Assembly: GCA_035384565.1 (NCBI GenBank)
Contig: DAOOIT010000002.1
Location: forward strand, 8,579 to 72,578
Direction: 5' to 3'
Source: Planctomycetota bacterium
GTDB lineage: Bacteria > Planctomycetota > PUPC01 > DSUN01
Length of the DNA: 64,000 nucleotides
Shown here: positions 46,907 to 56,676 of the stretch, one piece after another
How the letters are laid out: the number at the start of each line of letters is the position of its first letter
Numbering within the stretch: the first letter of the stretch is position 1
Program-made: the position numbers and the translations under genes
Notes under the pieces: generated by a model
The model's input: the letters and a program-made list of their open reading frames with translations, nothing else
What the model was told of the DNA's origin: nothing
Database searches by the model: none

Positions 46907-48259
46907 ATGGCCGCCTTCGCCGCAGGGATTGTGGCCGTTGTGGCGGCAGCTTGCCAGGGAGCGGATTGGCCGCAGCTCCAACACGACGCCGCGCGCAGCG
47001 GCTACACCAGCGACGGCCCAAAGCCGCCCTTCCAGCACGCCTGGAACTACGACTTCGCGGCCAAAGAGCACGACAAGATTCACCCGGTCGTGCAGGCCAT
47101 CATCTACAACGGACGCGTGTTCGTCCCGTCCAAGACTGGGCGCGTCTACGCTATTGACGCCACGACTGGCGAAAGGGCGTGGAAATGGGAGAAGGCCGGG
47201 CCGATCCTCAACTCGGTCGGATGCGCCGATGGCCTGGTCATCTTCGGCAGCCTGGACGGCAAGGTCTACGGGCTCAAGGCGGCGGATGGCTCCAAGGCCT
47301 GGGACTTCTATGGCGGCATCCGCGGCTTCTGCACCGCTCCCTGCATCGCCGAGGACAAGGTCTTCATCGGCGCGCGCGACGGCACGTTCTGCTGCCTGGA
47401 CGTGAAGACGGGCAGGCGGCTTTGGGCGACCGACACGGGCGGCTACGTGTGGCACACGGCCGCCTGTGCCGACGGCCGCGTGTTCGTCGCCAACGAGGAG
47501 ATCAGAGTTCTGTGCCTTGACGCCCGCGACGGCAAGATCCTCTGGAAGTCGAAGCGCCTCTGGGGCTTCACCTTCCGCGACGGCAACGCCTTTGTGGATC
47601 AGGGCAAGGTCGTCGTCCGCACCTGGAGCGCGATTGACGACACGGACCTCCGGATCGCGAAGGCGAGCATCCAGGAGGCCACCGACGCGGGGCATTATCT
47701 CAGGATACCCGACGAGCTTCAGGACAAGGCGCTGGAGGCCCTCCGCCGCGAGCCCGAGCTGAGGCAGGAGCTCTTCGTCCTGGACGCAAAGACGGGCGAG
47801 GAACTCTACATGCCCGTCCACAGCGGGCGGGTTTCCACCGTGGACGGGCCGGCATTCTCCGTCTGCCGCGACGGGGCGGGCAACTGGTATCTGCCGATTT
47901 TCGCCGGCCCGATTGCCGCCCCCTGGGGCAGCACGATGGCCTTCGCACGCATGGACCCGAAGACTGGGCGCCTCTCCGAGTTGCTCTGGACGCCGAAGTG
48001 CAAGCCCGCGAGCAACGACGAGGCCCACGCGCTCTCCGTCGGCGGCGATATCCTCTACGTCTCCGAGCAGGAGGAGGGCGAGGCGGGCATCTTCTGCGCC
48101 TTCGACCTCACCAGGCCTTTGAAGCTTGACATCCCGACCCCACAGATGGGCTCGGACATGGAGTACAACGCCCAGCCTCTTGCCAATCCCATCGCCATCG
48201 CGGGGAAGCGCTTCTATCGCATCACCAACCATACCCTTCGCTGCTGGGTGGGGGATTGA
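46907..48259 (+). CDS. Secreted PQQ-like beta-propeller repeat protein (paralog of 43280-44635)
   Basis: Signal peptide MAAFAAGIVAVVAAACQG; blades VFVPSKTGRVYAIDATTGERAW, VIFGSLDGKVYGLKAADGSKAW, VFIGARDGTFCCLDVKTGRRLW, VFVANEEIRVLCLDARDGKILW. Confidence 0.75.
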   Translation: MAAFAAGIVAVVAAACQGADWPQLQHDAARSGYTSDGPKPPFQHAWNYDFAAKEHDKIHPVVQAIIYNGRVFVPSKTGRVYAIDATTGERAWKWEKAGPILNSVGCADGLVIFGSLDGKVYGLKAADGSKAWDFYGGIRGFCTAPCIAEDKVFIGARDGTFCCLDVKTGRRLWATDTGGYVWHTAACADGRVFVANEEIRVLCLDARDGKILWKSKRLWGFTFRDGNAFVDQGKVVVRTWSAIDDTDLRIAKASIQEATDAGHYLRIPDELQDKALEALRREPELRQELFVLDAKTGEELYMPVHSGRVSTVDGPAFSVCRDGAGNWYLPIFAGPIAAPWGSTMAFARMDPKTGRLSELLWTPKCKPASNDEAHALSVGGDILYVSEQEEGEAGIFCAFDLTRPLKLDIPTPQMGSDMEYNAQPLANPIAIAGKRFYRITNHTLRCWVGD

Positions 48260-48262
48260 GAA

Positions 48263-50800
48263 ATGGCCGCGAGACGCACGCTCCCGCTCCTCCTGGCCTC
48301 GCTTCTCTCGAGTCCTGCCGCGCTCCCCGCGGGAGAGGATGAGTATGTGGGGCTGCACTTCACGAAGCAGCCCGACGGCAGCGTGATCGCCGGCGGTCTC
48401 GGCTGGCGAGCGGCGACCGAGAAGGACGGCATCCGCCTCGGCCGCCGCGCACACATCTGCTTTGAGGAGGGCGGCTACGGGCTGGAGGGCTGGTGCACCT
48501 ACGCCGGTTCGGATTGGGCCGACATCGGCCTCGTGCGGCCCGGCCCTGCGGCGCTCACGCCCGAGGACTCCGAGTCCTCCTGGGCCACCGTGCAGAGCTC
48601 GTTTGCCTACCAGGAGGGTGGCAAGGCTCAGACTTTCAGAGTATACGTCACGCGTCTCTCGCCTGCCGTGGTCTTCGAGCTGACGGGGAAAGAGCTGCGG
48701 CTCTTCGAGGGCGCGAAGGTCTCCAAGTTCGCCCGTGGCGATGCGAGCTGGGTGCCGCCTGAGCAGCGCCTGTCCGTCCCGCCGCCGGTGCCGAAGCACT
48801 TCGCCACCGAGGGCGCGGCGACATCCCGCGAGGAGATCGGCAACCTGGCGGTCAAGAGCTGGCTCCTGGCGTGGTACGGGGTTGACTCGCGGATTCGCGC
48901 GGAGGCCGACATCGGCCATCGCACCATCGCCGTGGACTGCCCCGTGCTTCTCGTCTTCAGCGCGCCGCCGGCCACGCTCGCCGCCGGGCCGGACGGCCTG
49001 GCCGTCGCGTTCGCAAGCGAGGGGGTTAAACGTGTCGCAGTCCTGCCGCTTCTCGGCGAGCGCTTGCCGAAGGCCGTCCCTGGCGAGAAGCCGAAACCCT
49101 ATCCGGCTCATGTCGGTGCCTTCCGGGCGAATCACGAGTTCCAATTCGCCGATCTCCCGCCAACCGAGACATGGAAAGATGGGCTACCCAAGGAGGTCGC
49201 CGCGCAGTGCGCCTGGTGGGCCGAGCACCTGAGGGAAGTGCCGGTTAGTGTGACTGAGACACACGCCTACCACGCCGCCGCCGACACGCTCACCGTAACG
49301 GGCAAGGTGGAGTTCCTGCGGCTCGCCGATGGCGGCAAGCGCTTCGCCCCGCTCCCGCCAATGCTTGCGGTGGCAGCAAGGAAGAAGTTCTCGCCGCTAA
49401 GCCTCCGGGGAGAACCCAGCAGCTCCGGCTTCATGACCAAGTGGGGGCCGTACGTGGGAATGGAAGGTGGCGACGGCTACGCCTACTCTGTGAAGGGACT
49501 AGGCCGTTACGCCTTTGAGGTTCGCTCGACCGGAGAAGGCAAGGAGCCCGAAGAAGTGCGCCGGGCCTTCGACCGCGAGGTCGCCAAGGTCATCGAGGCC
49601 GGCATCATGGCCCCCTGGTTCCCCATCCTGGCGGTCGGCGGCTTCGGCGGACGCGCCAGCCGCGCCCACAACGAGGGCCATCGCCTCCTCTGGGGCATCC
49701 CTGGCGAGAACCTGTACTTCATCGGCCAATGCCTCGACCTCGCCACCCCCGAGCACCGCGCCAAGCTCACAGAGCTGGCCCGAGCCTGGGAAGCCAAGTA
49801 CCCCTCCGAGAAGGTCGCCCACATGCCCGCCACTGCCGACGCCCAGCGCGAGCACTACCTGCCCACCATCCACAAGGTCCGCCCGTGGCCGCAGCGGGAG
49901 TTGAACTTCCACTTGCTCAACAACGTCCTCCCCTGCGAAGCCGAGTACTATCTGGCCGACTACTGCCGCTACGCGGGCGAGAAGCCCGCCGCCCTTCCGC
50001 GCATCCTGGAGCCCTACCTCGCCCGCTCGGACTGGGCGTCCCTCGGCCTCCTGCGTGGGGCCAAGACCCTGTTCAAGAACGACAAGGGCCGCGACACCTT
50101 CGACCGCGACTACGGCAAGGGCGGCGTGGACGACGCCAACCGCCTCTTCGCCGGCCTGGTCGGACGGGTTCGCCTGGCGCGTATGCTCGGCAACCAGGCC
50201 GAAGTGGAACGCGCAATGTACCATCTCGCCCGCACAGCCATCCTGCGCTTCGCCATCGAGCAGTGGAAATACATCCTCCACGAGGACAAGTTCCTCGCCC
50301 TGCGCCCCGCCGACGCGCCGCCCCGCAGCTTCTTCGGCACCGGCCTCCACACTTTCGGGCGCAAGACCCCCGACGACGACCCGCTCGTCGTCGCCGAGAT
50401 GGACGAGTTCCTCCTCACCATGCGCGAGTGCTACGTCCACGTCCACTGGCACCCCCACCGGCTCATCGCCTACCTCCACATGGTCCCGGAACTTGGCCGC
50501 TTCCTTCAAGACCACCTCAAGGCCGAAGTCGGCCACTACGTCCGCATCCTCGAGGAGAGCAACCCCGAGTGGTACACGCCCTACGCCGACTGCACGCTGT
50601 CGTTCGAAACCTACAGCCTTCATCCGGCCGACTCCTACCAGGCCTTCCTCGCGCGGGCCTGGGTGACAGGCGACCCGCCTGAGCGGCTCTGGCGCTACGC
50701 CGACCTCCCCTGGATTGGCCGCGGCGACTGGTTCTACATCCACAAGCTCGCGGAGACGATCAGGGCATACAGAGGCGAGCGATGGGAGGCGTTGAAATGA
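48263..50800 (+). CDS. Large secreted hypothetical protein (845 aa)
   Basis: Signal-like N-terminus MAARRTLPLLLASLLSSPAALPAG; long, well-behaved ORF 4 nt after the preceding gene; no family recognised. Confidence 0.6.
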   Translation: MAARRTLPLLLASLLSSPAALPAGEDEYVGLHFTKQPDGSVIAGGLGWRAATEKDGIRLGRRAHICFEEGGYGLEGWCTYAGSDWADIGLVRPGPAALTPEDSESSWATVQSSFAYQEGGKAQTFRVYVTRLSPAVVFELTGKELRLFEGAKVSKFARGDASWVPPEQRLSVPPPVPKHFATEGAATSREEIGNLAVKSWLLAWYGVDSRIRAEADIGHRTIAVDCPVLLVFSAPPATLAAGPDGLAVAFASEGVKRVAVLPLLGERLPKAVPGEKPKPYPAHVGAFRANHEFQFADLPPTETWKDGLPKEVAAQCAWWAEHLREVPVSVTETHAYHAAADTLTVTGKVEFLRLADGGKRFAPLPPMLAVAARKKFSPLSLRGEPSSSGFMTKWGPYVGMEGGDGYAYSVKGLGRYAFEVRSTGEGKEPEEVRRAFDREVAKVIEAGIMAPWFPILAVGGFGGRASRAHNEGHRLLWGIPGENLYFIGQCLDLATPEHRAKLTELARAWEAKYPSEKVAHMPATADAQREHYLPTIHKVRPWPQRELNFHLLNNVLPCEAEYYLADYCRYAGEKPAALPRILEPYLARSDWASLGLLRGAKTLFKNDKGRDTFDRDYGKGGVDDANRLFAGLVGRVRLARMLGNQAEVERAMYHLARTAILRFAIEQWKYILHEDKFLALRPADAPPRSFFGTGLHTFGRKTPDDDPLVVAEMDEFLLTMRECYVHVHWHPHRLIAYLHMVPELGRFLQDHLKAEVGHYVRILEESNPEWYTPYADCTLSFETYSLHPADSYQAFLARAWVTGDPPERLWRYADLPWIGRGDWFYIHKLAETIRAYRGERWEALK

Positions 50801-51282
50801 GGCTCCTCAGGGTCTGGCGATCCTGACGCGGCCGCTGCCGGGGAGGGTCGGAAGGGGGCTCCGGCACCCGCGAGGGCCATCGCATAACCCTCTATGTCCC
50901 ATCGCCTTACGCTCCTCATGCAGCCCCCATGGCATGCCGGCTCATCCCGCAGATGAGCGAGCATGGCCGGAGCCGCGAGAATCGCCCATTCTCGCCCATC
51001 TGCCCATGCTGTATCACTTTCCTCCTCACAGGGTTGATACAGCATGGACACGCTGCTCCCGCCCAGGCACTCGGGTGCGCCCTCCCAAGGAACTGCCAGG
51101 GCCGCGGCCCCCTCAACGGTTCAGGCGCCCGATGGCCAAGGTGCAGCGGGCCGCACAGCGGCAGACCGAGCGCGTGCAACGGGGCGTTTGACAACGGCGG
51201 CGCGGAACTGGTATCCTGCAAGGCACCTGGGGCGGCTTGCCCCGACGCAGCAGGAACCGGCCACGAAGGAACCGCAAGCCAG

Positions 51283-51368
51283 GCCGGAGTGGCGGAATGG
51301 CAGACGCGCTGGATTCAAAATCCAGTGGCCGCAAGGTCGTGAGGGTTCGACTCCCTCCTCCGGCACCA
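51283..51368 (+). tRNA. tRNA-Leu (anticodon CAA)
   Basis: GCCGGAG-TG-GCGG-AATGGCAGA-CGC-G-CTGGA-TTCAAAA-TCCAG-[long variable arm TGGCCGCAAGGTCGT]-GAGGG-TTCGACT-CCCTC-CTCCGGC-A-CCA gives a cloverleaf with a 7/7 acceptor stem, anticodon loop tt-CAA-aa, a long extra arm typical of Leu, and an encoded CCA. Confidence 0.85.
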
Positions 51369-51522
51369 ACGACGCAGCACGCGGCAGGGCAAGGAGCCAT
51401 GTCATCCTGCCCTGGCCCTCTCCCATCTCACCTCTGGTGTCTCGCTCCACAGCCCGCTTTGCCATGATCCGTCTCCAGGCAATGCCGTGCGACCCGGAAC
51501 GACCCCAGCAGGAGGAGCGCCG

Positions 51523-54500
51523 ATGAGACCGGCCGTGCGGCTATCGCTGGTTCCGCGGGTTTTGGGCGCGACGGCCATCCTGGTTCTCGCGCTGGCGGCC
51601 TCTGCGATGCGGGCACAGGCTGACCTCGTGCTTGCAGACAAGGGGGGCACCGAGGCCGTCATCGTCCACAACGGCTTCGAGAGGCAGGCGAAGGACCTCC
51701 AGGCGTACCTCCTGAAGATCACGGGGGTGGAGCTCCCCTTCGGCGCGGAGGCCCCAGGGCGGCCCGCCATTGTGCTCCAAGTGGTCGAGAGGGTGCCCGG
51801 GGCGAGCGACCGCGCCACGGCGAAACAGGCATACCGAATTCACACGGAGGGCCACCGGTTGCTCCTCACCGCCGCGACCGAGCTGGGCCTCACCTATGCC
51901 GTCTGGGGCTTCCTCGAGGACCATCTCGGCTGCCGCTTCTACAGCTACTCGGCCATGCCGTTCAACAGATACCTCGGGCCGAAGTTCGAGCTCGTCCCCC
52001 AGCGGCCCCGCCTGCGGCTGGGCCAGATAGACGAGGTGCAGGAGCCGGCCTTCCAGCTCCGCGGCTTCGTCTACTACCTGAGCCTCGGCGACTGGCTCTT
52101 CAAGAACCGCGGCGGCGGCCTGCCCATCGCACCCCACGGCGGAGCCGTGTGCGGCACCCACAACTTCTACCACTTCGCCGACCCGAAGACCTACTTCGAG
52201 AAGCACCCCGAGTGGTATCCGCTCCGCGGCGGCAAGCGCCAGCACGACTGGGCCATGGGCCTCTGCGGCACCAATGAGGAACTGGCCAGAGAGCTGGCGA
52301 AGAACCTGATGGAGAAGCAGATGGCGAAGTGGAAGGACCCCGCGTTGCCCATCCCCCTCGCCCAGGGCGACGGCTACACGGGCTGCCAGTGCCCCGCCTG
52401 CCGCGAACTGGTGGAGAGGGAGGGCACCGAGGCCGCACCGCTGCTCCTGCTCCTCAACCGCATCCTGGATATCACGACCAGGACCTATCCCGACCTCCAG
52501 ATCGTCACCTTCTCGTACTTCGAAACCCTCATCCCGCCGAAGACGATGAAGCCGCATCCGAACCTGTGGTTCAACGTCGTCTCCAGCTCCCTCTCGCAGA
52601 ACCACGCCGGCGACCAGGTCGGGCCGATTCGCGGCAACCCCGCCAACCGCGATTACCTGCGGGCCATCGAGGGCTGGCCCAGGCTCGCCCCAGGCCGCGT
52701 GACCCTCTGGGACTGGGCGCTCACCAGCAACCCCCTCGTCGAGTGGCCCAACCTCTTCTTCCTGCCCGACAACGTCCGCCTCTGGCACGAGAGCGGCGTC
52801 ACGGGCGCCGCCCTCCAGGTCTGCTGGGGCACAAGCAACTGGAACTGGCTGCGTAACTGGCTCTTCCTCAAGCTCGCCTGGAACCCCAGGGCCGATGCTG
52901 AGAAGCTCATCCGCCAGTTCCTCGACGACTACTATGGCCGCCGCGCGGCAGGGCACCTTTGGGAGTACCTGCGGCTCACCAGGCAGGCGTACGAGGACGC
53001 CTGCCACAGCTACGTCCCCAGCGGCGTCCGCTGGACCTATTGGCCCCAGAACCTGCGGGCGAAGATGTACCCGCCAGACGTGTTGGAGAAGATGGATGCC
53101 CTGATGGCCCGGGCCATGCGCGCCGCGGCGCGCGAGCGCGACCCCCTCTATGCCCAGCACGTGGCCGAAGCGCGGGCGACGAGTGTGGACCTGCTCGTGC
53201 TCGACGAGGCGCGCTGCGCCGCGCCGTTCCAGCCCGTGAGCTGCCGCGAGGACGGCCAGCGCTGGCTCGTGCCCGGCGGCCGGGCCGACCTGCCGGCCCG
53301 CATCCGCCGCATCGCCGACATCTACGCCCTGGGCGACAACAGCGAGCACGGCCCCGAGCGCGAGACCTCCTGGTTCGTCGCCTCCCAGGGCGGCCTCATC
53401 GCCTCGTTGCGAAACGCCCACTACGCCGTGGACGTCGTGCCGAACCTCCGCGGCCAGATCACCAGCATCGTCCACCTGCCCACGGGCAAGGAGATCCTGG
53501 CCGCCGACGGCGCCGAGTTCGGCTACCGGGACCTGTTCGACCGCATCAGCTCGCAGCTCTGGAGCCTGGCGGGGGAGGGGAGGCGGCCTGAAGGCCGTAC
53601 TGCGAGCGTGGAGACGGACCTCCTCCTCTCGCCGCCCTACTGGGGATTCACCAAGGCGAATCGCATGCCCCGCTCCGTCGCCTTCACGCCCGACGGCGCG
53701 GGCGTCGTTGTGTCCCGCCGTTATGAGCAGGACAAGGGCGGCGGCCTGCCGGACAAGACGCGCTTCACCACCCGCTGGATGCTCCAGTTGCCCGAGCCCG
53801 CGAGGGCGCGGGTGGCCGTCCGCGGCGGCGGCATCGAGCGAATGCTCGACCTGCGCCACGTCCGGCCCGGCGGCGTCCGCGGCGAGAGAGTCGGCGAGCG
53901 CCTGCCGGGCGCCGACTTCATGGACCAGCGCTTCGATGACGTGACGGCCGTCTCCGACGCGCAGGTCGTCTCGCTGCCCATCGCTGATCCCGAGGGCGAG
54001 GTCGCCGTGCGCCTCGACCGCGGCGACGGCCTCCTCGTCACCCTCACCCTTCCCGCGGCGGGCTGGGAGCGGATGGACCTCCAGCCCGTGGCCGAGAAGC
54101 GCCGCCTCACCGTCACCCTCGTCGGCACGCCGGCCGCGACGGACAAGGAGGCCAGAGCCATTGAGCTGCCGACGCAGACGCTACGGGTCAGCAATGCCCC
54201 CGTTCGCAGTGCGGGCTTCAGCCCCTCTCCGAGCGAAGAGAAGATACGGCCTGAAGGCCGCACTACAAGCGCCATCCGGGTTGTCGGCGACGGGCGGGCG
54301 GTGAACGAGCGCGATGGCGCCGAACTGGTCTGGGTGCCTGCGGGCGAGTTCCTGCGCGGCAGCCCGAAGGGCGAGGGCAGCGCCGACGAGCGGCCGCAGC
54401 GGAAGGTCTGCCTCGACGGCTTCTGGGTCTACAGGTTCCCCGTCACGCTCAAGCAGTACCGGGCATTCTGCGAGAAGGCCGGCCGCGAGATGCCGCCCCT

Positions 54501-55038
54501 GGCCTGGGGCCAGAGCCTGCGCGTGGATGAGAAGGCCGACGAGGGGAGCTACCCGATGCTCGTGAACTGGCACGACGCCGATGCCTACGCGAGGTGGGCG
54601 GGGGGCGCCCTGCCCACCGAGGCCCAGTGGGAGAAGGCCGCCCGGGGCACCGACGGCCGCCTCTACCCCTGGGGCAACGCCTGGGACCCCGAGCGCGCCG
54701 TGGGCATGGAACGTACCCACTACCGCCACAAGGCCGGCATGTTCCCCGTCGGCAGCTCGCCTGCGGGCGCCAGCCCCTACGGGGCCGAGGACATGGCCGG
54801 CAACGTATGGGAGTGGGTGGCCGACTGGTATGGGTATCGCTACTACGAGCGCGCTCCGCGCAACAACCCGCTCGGCCCCGAGGCCGGCTCGCACAAGGTG
54901 CTTCGCGGCGGCGACAGCATGTGGGACGAGCGCCTGGCCCGCTGCGCCGCCCGCATGGCCATGCCCCCCCACGTCCGCGACTGGGTGAAGACGGGCTTCC
55001 GCGTCGCGCTGCCCGGCGGCGCGGCTCGCGGGCGCTGA
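51523..55038 (+). CDS. Secreted multidomain protein: N-terminal DUF4838-like (glycoside-hydrolase-associated) region fused to a C-terminal formylglycine-generating-enzyme (FGE)/sulfatase-modifying-factor domain
   Basis: Signal MRPAVRLSLVPRVLGATAILVLALAASAMRAQA, then LVLADKGGTEAVIVHNGFERQAKDLQAYLLKITGVELPF (DUF4838-style N-terminus). C-terminal 250 aa: VWVPAGEFLRGSP...RPQRKVCLDGFWVYRFPVTLKQYRAFC...GNVWEWVADWYG...KVLRGGDSMWDE (FGE/SUMF1 fold motifs). An alternative start at 51487 is possible. Confidence 0.65.
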   Translation: MRPAVRLSLVPRVLGATAILVLALAASAMRAQADLVLADKGGTEAVIVHNGFERQAKDLQAYLLKITGVELPFGAEAPGRPAIVLQVVERVPGASDRATAKQAYRIHTEGHRLLLTAATELGLTYAVWGFLEDHLGCRFYSYSAMPFNRYLGPKFELVPQRPRLRLGQIDEVQEPAFQLRGFVYYLSLGDWLFKNRGGGLPIAPHGGAVCGTHNFYHFADPKTYFEKHPEWYPLRGGKRQHDWAMGLCGTNEELARELAKNLMEKQMAKWKDPALPIPLAQGDGYTGCQCPACRELVEREGTEAAPLLLLLNRILDITTRTYPDLQIVTFSYFETLIPPKTMKPHPNLWFNVVSSSLSQNHAGDQVGPIRGNPANRDYLRAIEGWPRLAPGRVTLWDWALTSNPLVEWPNLFFLPDNVRLWHESGVTGAALQVCWGTSNWNWLRNWLFLKLAWNPRADAEKLIRQFLDDYYGRRAAGHLWEYLRLTRQAYEDACHSYVPSGVRWTYWPQNLRAKMYPPDVLEKMDALMARAMRAAARERDPLYAQHVAEARATSVDLLVLDEARCAAPFQPVSCREDGQRWLVPGGRADLPARIRRIADIYALGDNSEHGPERETSWFVASQGGLIASLRNAHYAVDVVPNLRGQITSIVHLPTGKEILAADGAEFGYRDLFDRISSQLWSLAGEGRRPEGRTASVETDLLLSPPYWGFTKANRMPRSVAFTPDGAGVVVSRRYEQDKGGGLPDKTRFTTRWMLQLPEPARARVAVRGGGIERMLDLRHVRPGGVRGERVGERLPGADFMDQRFDDVTAVSDAQVVSLPIADPEGEVAVRLDRGDGLLVTLTLPAAGWERMDLQPVAEKRRLTVTLVGTPAATDKEARAIELPTQTLRVSNAPVRSAGFSPSPSEEKIRPEGRTTSAIRVVGDGRAVNERDGAELVWVPAGEFLRGSPKGEGSADERPQRKVCLDGFWVYRFPVTLKQYRAFCEKAGREMPPLAWGQSLRVDEKADEGSYPMLVNWHDADAYARWAGGALPTEAQWEKAARGTDGRLYPWGNAWDPERAVGMERTHYRHKAGMFPVGSSPAGASPYGAEDMAGNVWEWVADWYGYRYYERAPRNNPLGPEAGSHKVLRGGDSMWDERLARCAARMAMPPHVRDWVKTGFRVALPGGAARGR

Positions 55039-55087
55039 ACCACGCCCGGGGCGCTCTGCCTGCGAACCGGCCGCGCGGGGCCCGCGT

Positions 55088-56521
55088 CTACCGCTTGGGT
55101 CCCCGCTCCGCAAGGAACGCCCGAAGATAGGCTTGGCGGAACTTCTCCATCGCCTCGCCGCTCGCGACGCAATCGTCCCACGGCAGGTCGGGCCTCACGG
55201 GCGGCTCATAGGCGGGGGGCTGGGCGCGGTGCCGCGCCGCCAGCTCGCGGAAGACGCGGCCCCAGGCCTTCTCCCTGCCGTCCACCGTGAACAACCCCGT
55301 CAGCCGGCTCACGTCCCTCGCTTCGGGGTGGTCGTACAGGCCCCAGTTGAGCCAGCCGCAGGCGATGGGCGCGGTGACCTCGACCACGCGCCGGCACCAC
55401 TGCGCTTGCTGCTCCTCGGTGGCAGGCTTGCCTCCGGCGTCGAGCGGCCCGCCGCCGTACCAGCCGAACTCCGCGATGACGAGCGGCAGCCCGGGCCTTG
55501 CCGCCTCGCGCGCCATGGCCTCCAGCACCGCCAGGTTGGCGGCTTCGGCCTCCGGGCTCTCGTACCTGTAGGCCCCGCTCGCCAGCGGGTAGAAGTGCAG
55601 GGACATGAAGTCCAGGTGCTTCGCGATGGCGGCCGGCCGGAAACCCGCATATTGGTCCAGGCCGATCTTCTGCGCCGGAACCGACCATTGGATCAGGCCC
55701 ACTGTCACCAGCGCATCGGGGTCGGCGGCACGAATCGCCTGGGCCTGGCGCGCGACCCACTTTTCGGCCGCGCTCTCGCGGAACCGCTGGTAGTCGCCCG
55801 CGTGAGCCGCGGGCGGCTGCGCCTTCGGGTCGGGCACGGGGACTGGCTCCTGGCCGTGCTGCTTCCGCCAGGCGTCCCACTGGGTGCGCAGGTGAGGCGT
55901 GTCCCAGGCCACGGACGGCTCGTTGCGGAGGTCATAGGCCCAGAGGGTGGTCCGCCCCCGATAGCGCGTGGCGAACAACCGCCAGTAGTCGTCGAGGGCC
56001 TGGAGGCAGGCCTCGTGGGCATCGAGGCTGAAGAAGTTCATCCCCTTGGCCCACGGCGGCATGCCCTCCCAATGGTCGGGCCCCGTGGGATGGACGTACA
56101 GCCCCGCCTCGTCGGCCAGGTCGAGCAGCTTGTCGAACTTCGCCAGCCCCTCGGGGTCGAGCCTGTCGGGCTCCTTGAAGAACGAGCCGAAGGATGCGAA
56201 GACCCGCACCACGTTGGCGCCGAGCTTCCGCAGCAGGGCGAAGTCTCTGCGGGTGGCCTCCGCATCGAACTGCTTCCACAACTGCGGCGCCCAGCCTGTC
56301 CCCGGCCGGTAGTAGCTCACCCCGAAGGGCACGAAGGGCCGGCCGGCGGCGTCCACGAAGCCGCGGCGGGCAGTGTCCACTCGCACCTTCGGCAGACGCG
56401 TCCCCGGCGGAACGGCGGCGTCTGGCTCCCCTGGTGCGGCCAGGAGGACAAGGGGTACCATTGCGGTGAGCAACACGGTTCGCGCCTCGCTGTGTTCGAG
56501 ATGGGTTGTCCGCCCGCGCAC
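55088..56521 (-). CDS. Secreted glycoside hydrolase family 5
   Basis: Signal peptide; GANVVRVF..., acid/base LRNEPS, nucleophile region LVIAEFGW (the GH5 NEP/E(F)G motifs); 477 aa. Confidence 0.75.
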   Translation of the reverse strand: MRGRTTHLEHSEARTVLLTAMVPLVLLAAPGEPDAAVPPGTRLPKVRVDTARRGFVDAAGRPFVPFGVSYYRPGTGWAPQLWKQFDAEATRRDFALLRKLGANVVRVFASFGSFFKEPDRLDPEGLAKFDKLLDLADEAGLYVHPTGPDHWEGMPPWAKGMNFFSLDAHEACLQALDDYWRLFATRYRGRTTLWAYDLRNEPSVAWDTPHLRTQWDAWRKQHGQEPVPVPDPKAQPPAAHAGDYQRFRESAAEKWVARQAQAIRAADPDALVTVGLIQWSVPAQKIGLDQYAGFRPAAIAKHLDFMSLHFYPLASGAYRYESPEAEAANLAVLEAMAREAARPGLPLVIAEFGWYGGGPLDAGGKPATEEQQAQWCRRVVEVTAPIACGWLNWGLYDHPEARDVSRLTGLFTVDGREKAWGRVFRELAARHRAQPPAYEPPVRPDLPWDDCVASGEAMEKFRQAYLRAFLAERGPKR

Positions 56522-56676
56522 ACGCGGCCCCTTCAGACATGCCTTGGCGCCACCCGCGAGTCAAGTGCCCCGTGCTGGCGCTCTCGGGGGCCGAGGGCGG
56601 GGTTCTTGACACGGCATTGGGGGTGTGCATGATGGCAGCCGGCGGCTGAACGAGAGAGCGGTCCCTTGCGCAAGGA

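Noticed and set aside
44845-49144. Long ORFs 44845-46563 (+) and 46709-49144 (-) crossing the divergent intergenic region
   Set aside because: Both run antisense to well-supported secreted-protein genes and straight through the palindrome-rich non-coding region; composition is Arg/Gly/Pro/Asp-rich.
49499-50743. 414-aa minus ORF plus the plus-strand alternate frames 49729-50682 and 50055-50666
   Set aside because: Shadows of the 845-aa secreted protein gene.
50929-51526. Several 80-160-aa ORFs around the tRNA-Leu
   Set aside because: They overlap or run antisense to a convincing tRNA cloverleaf and have Arg/Pro-rich translations; no coding support.
51541-55113. 772-aa and 310-aa minus ORFs antisense to the DUF4838-FGE gene
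   Set aside because: Shadow ORFs; Gly/Arg/Val/Ala/Asp-rich.
55133-56632. 499-aa plus ORF antisense to the GH5 gene
   Set aside because: The GH5 catalytic motifs (NEP and EFG) are on the minus strand; the plus frame is low complexity.
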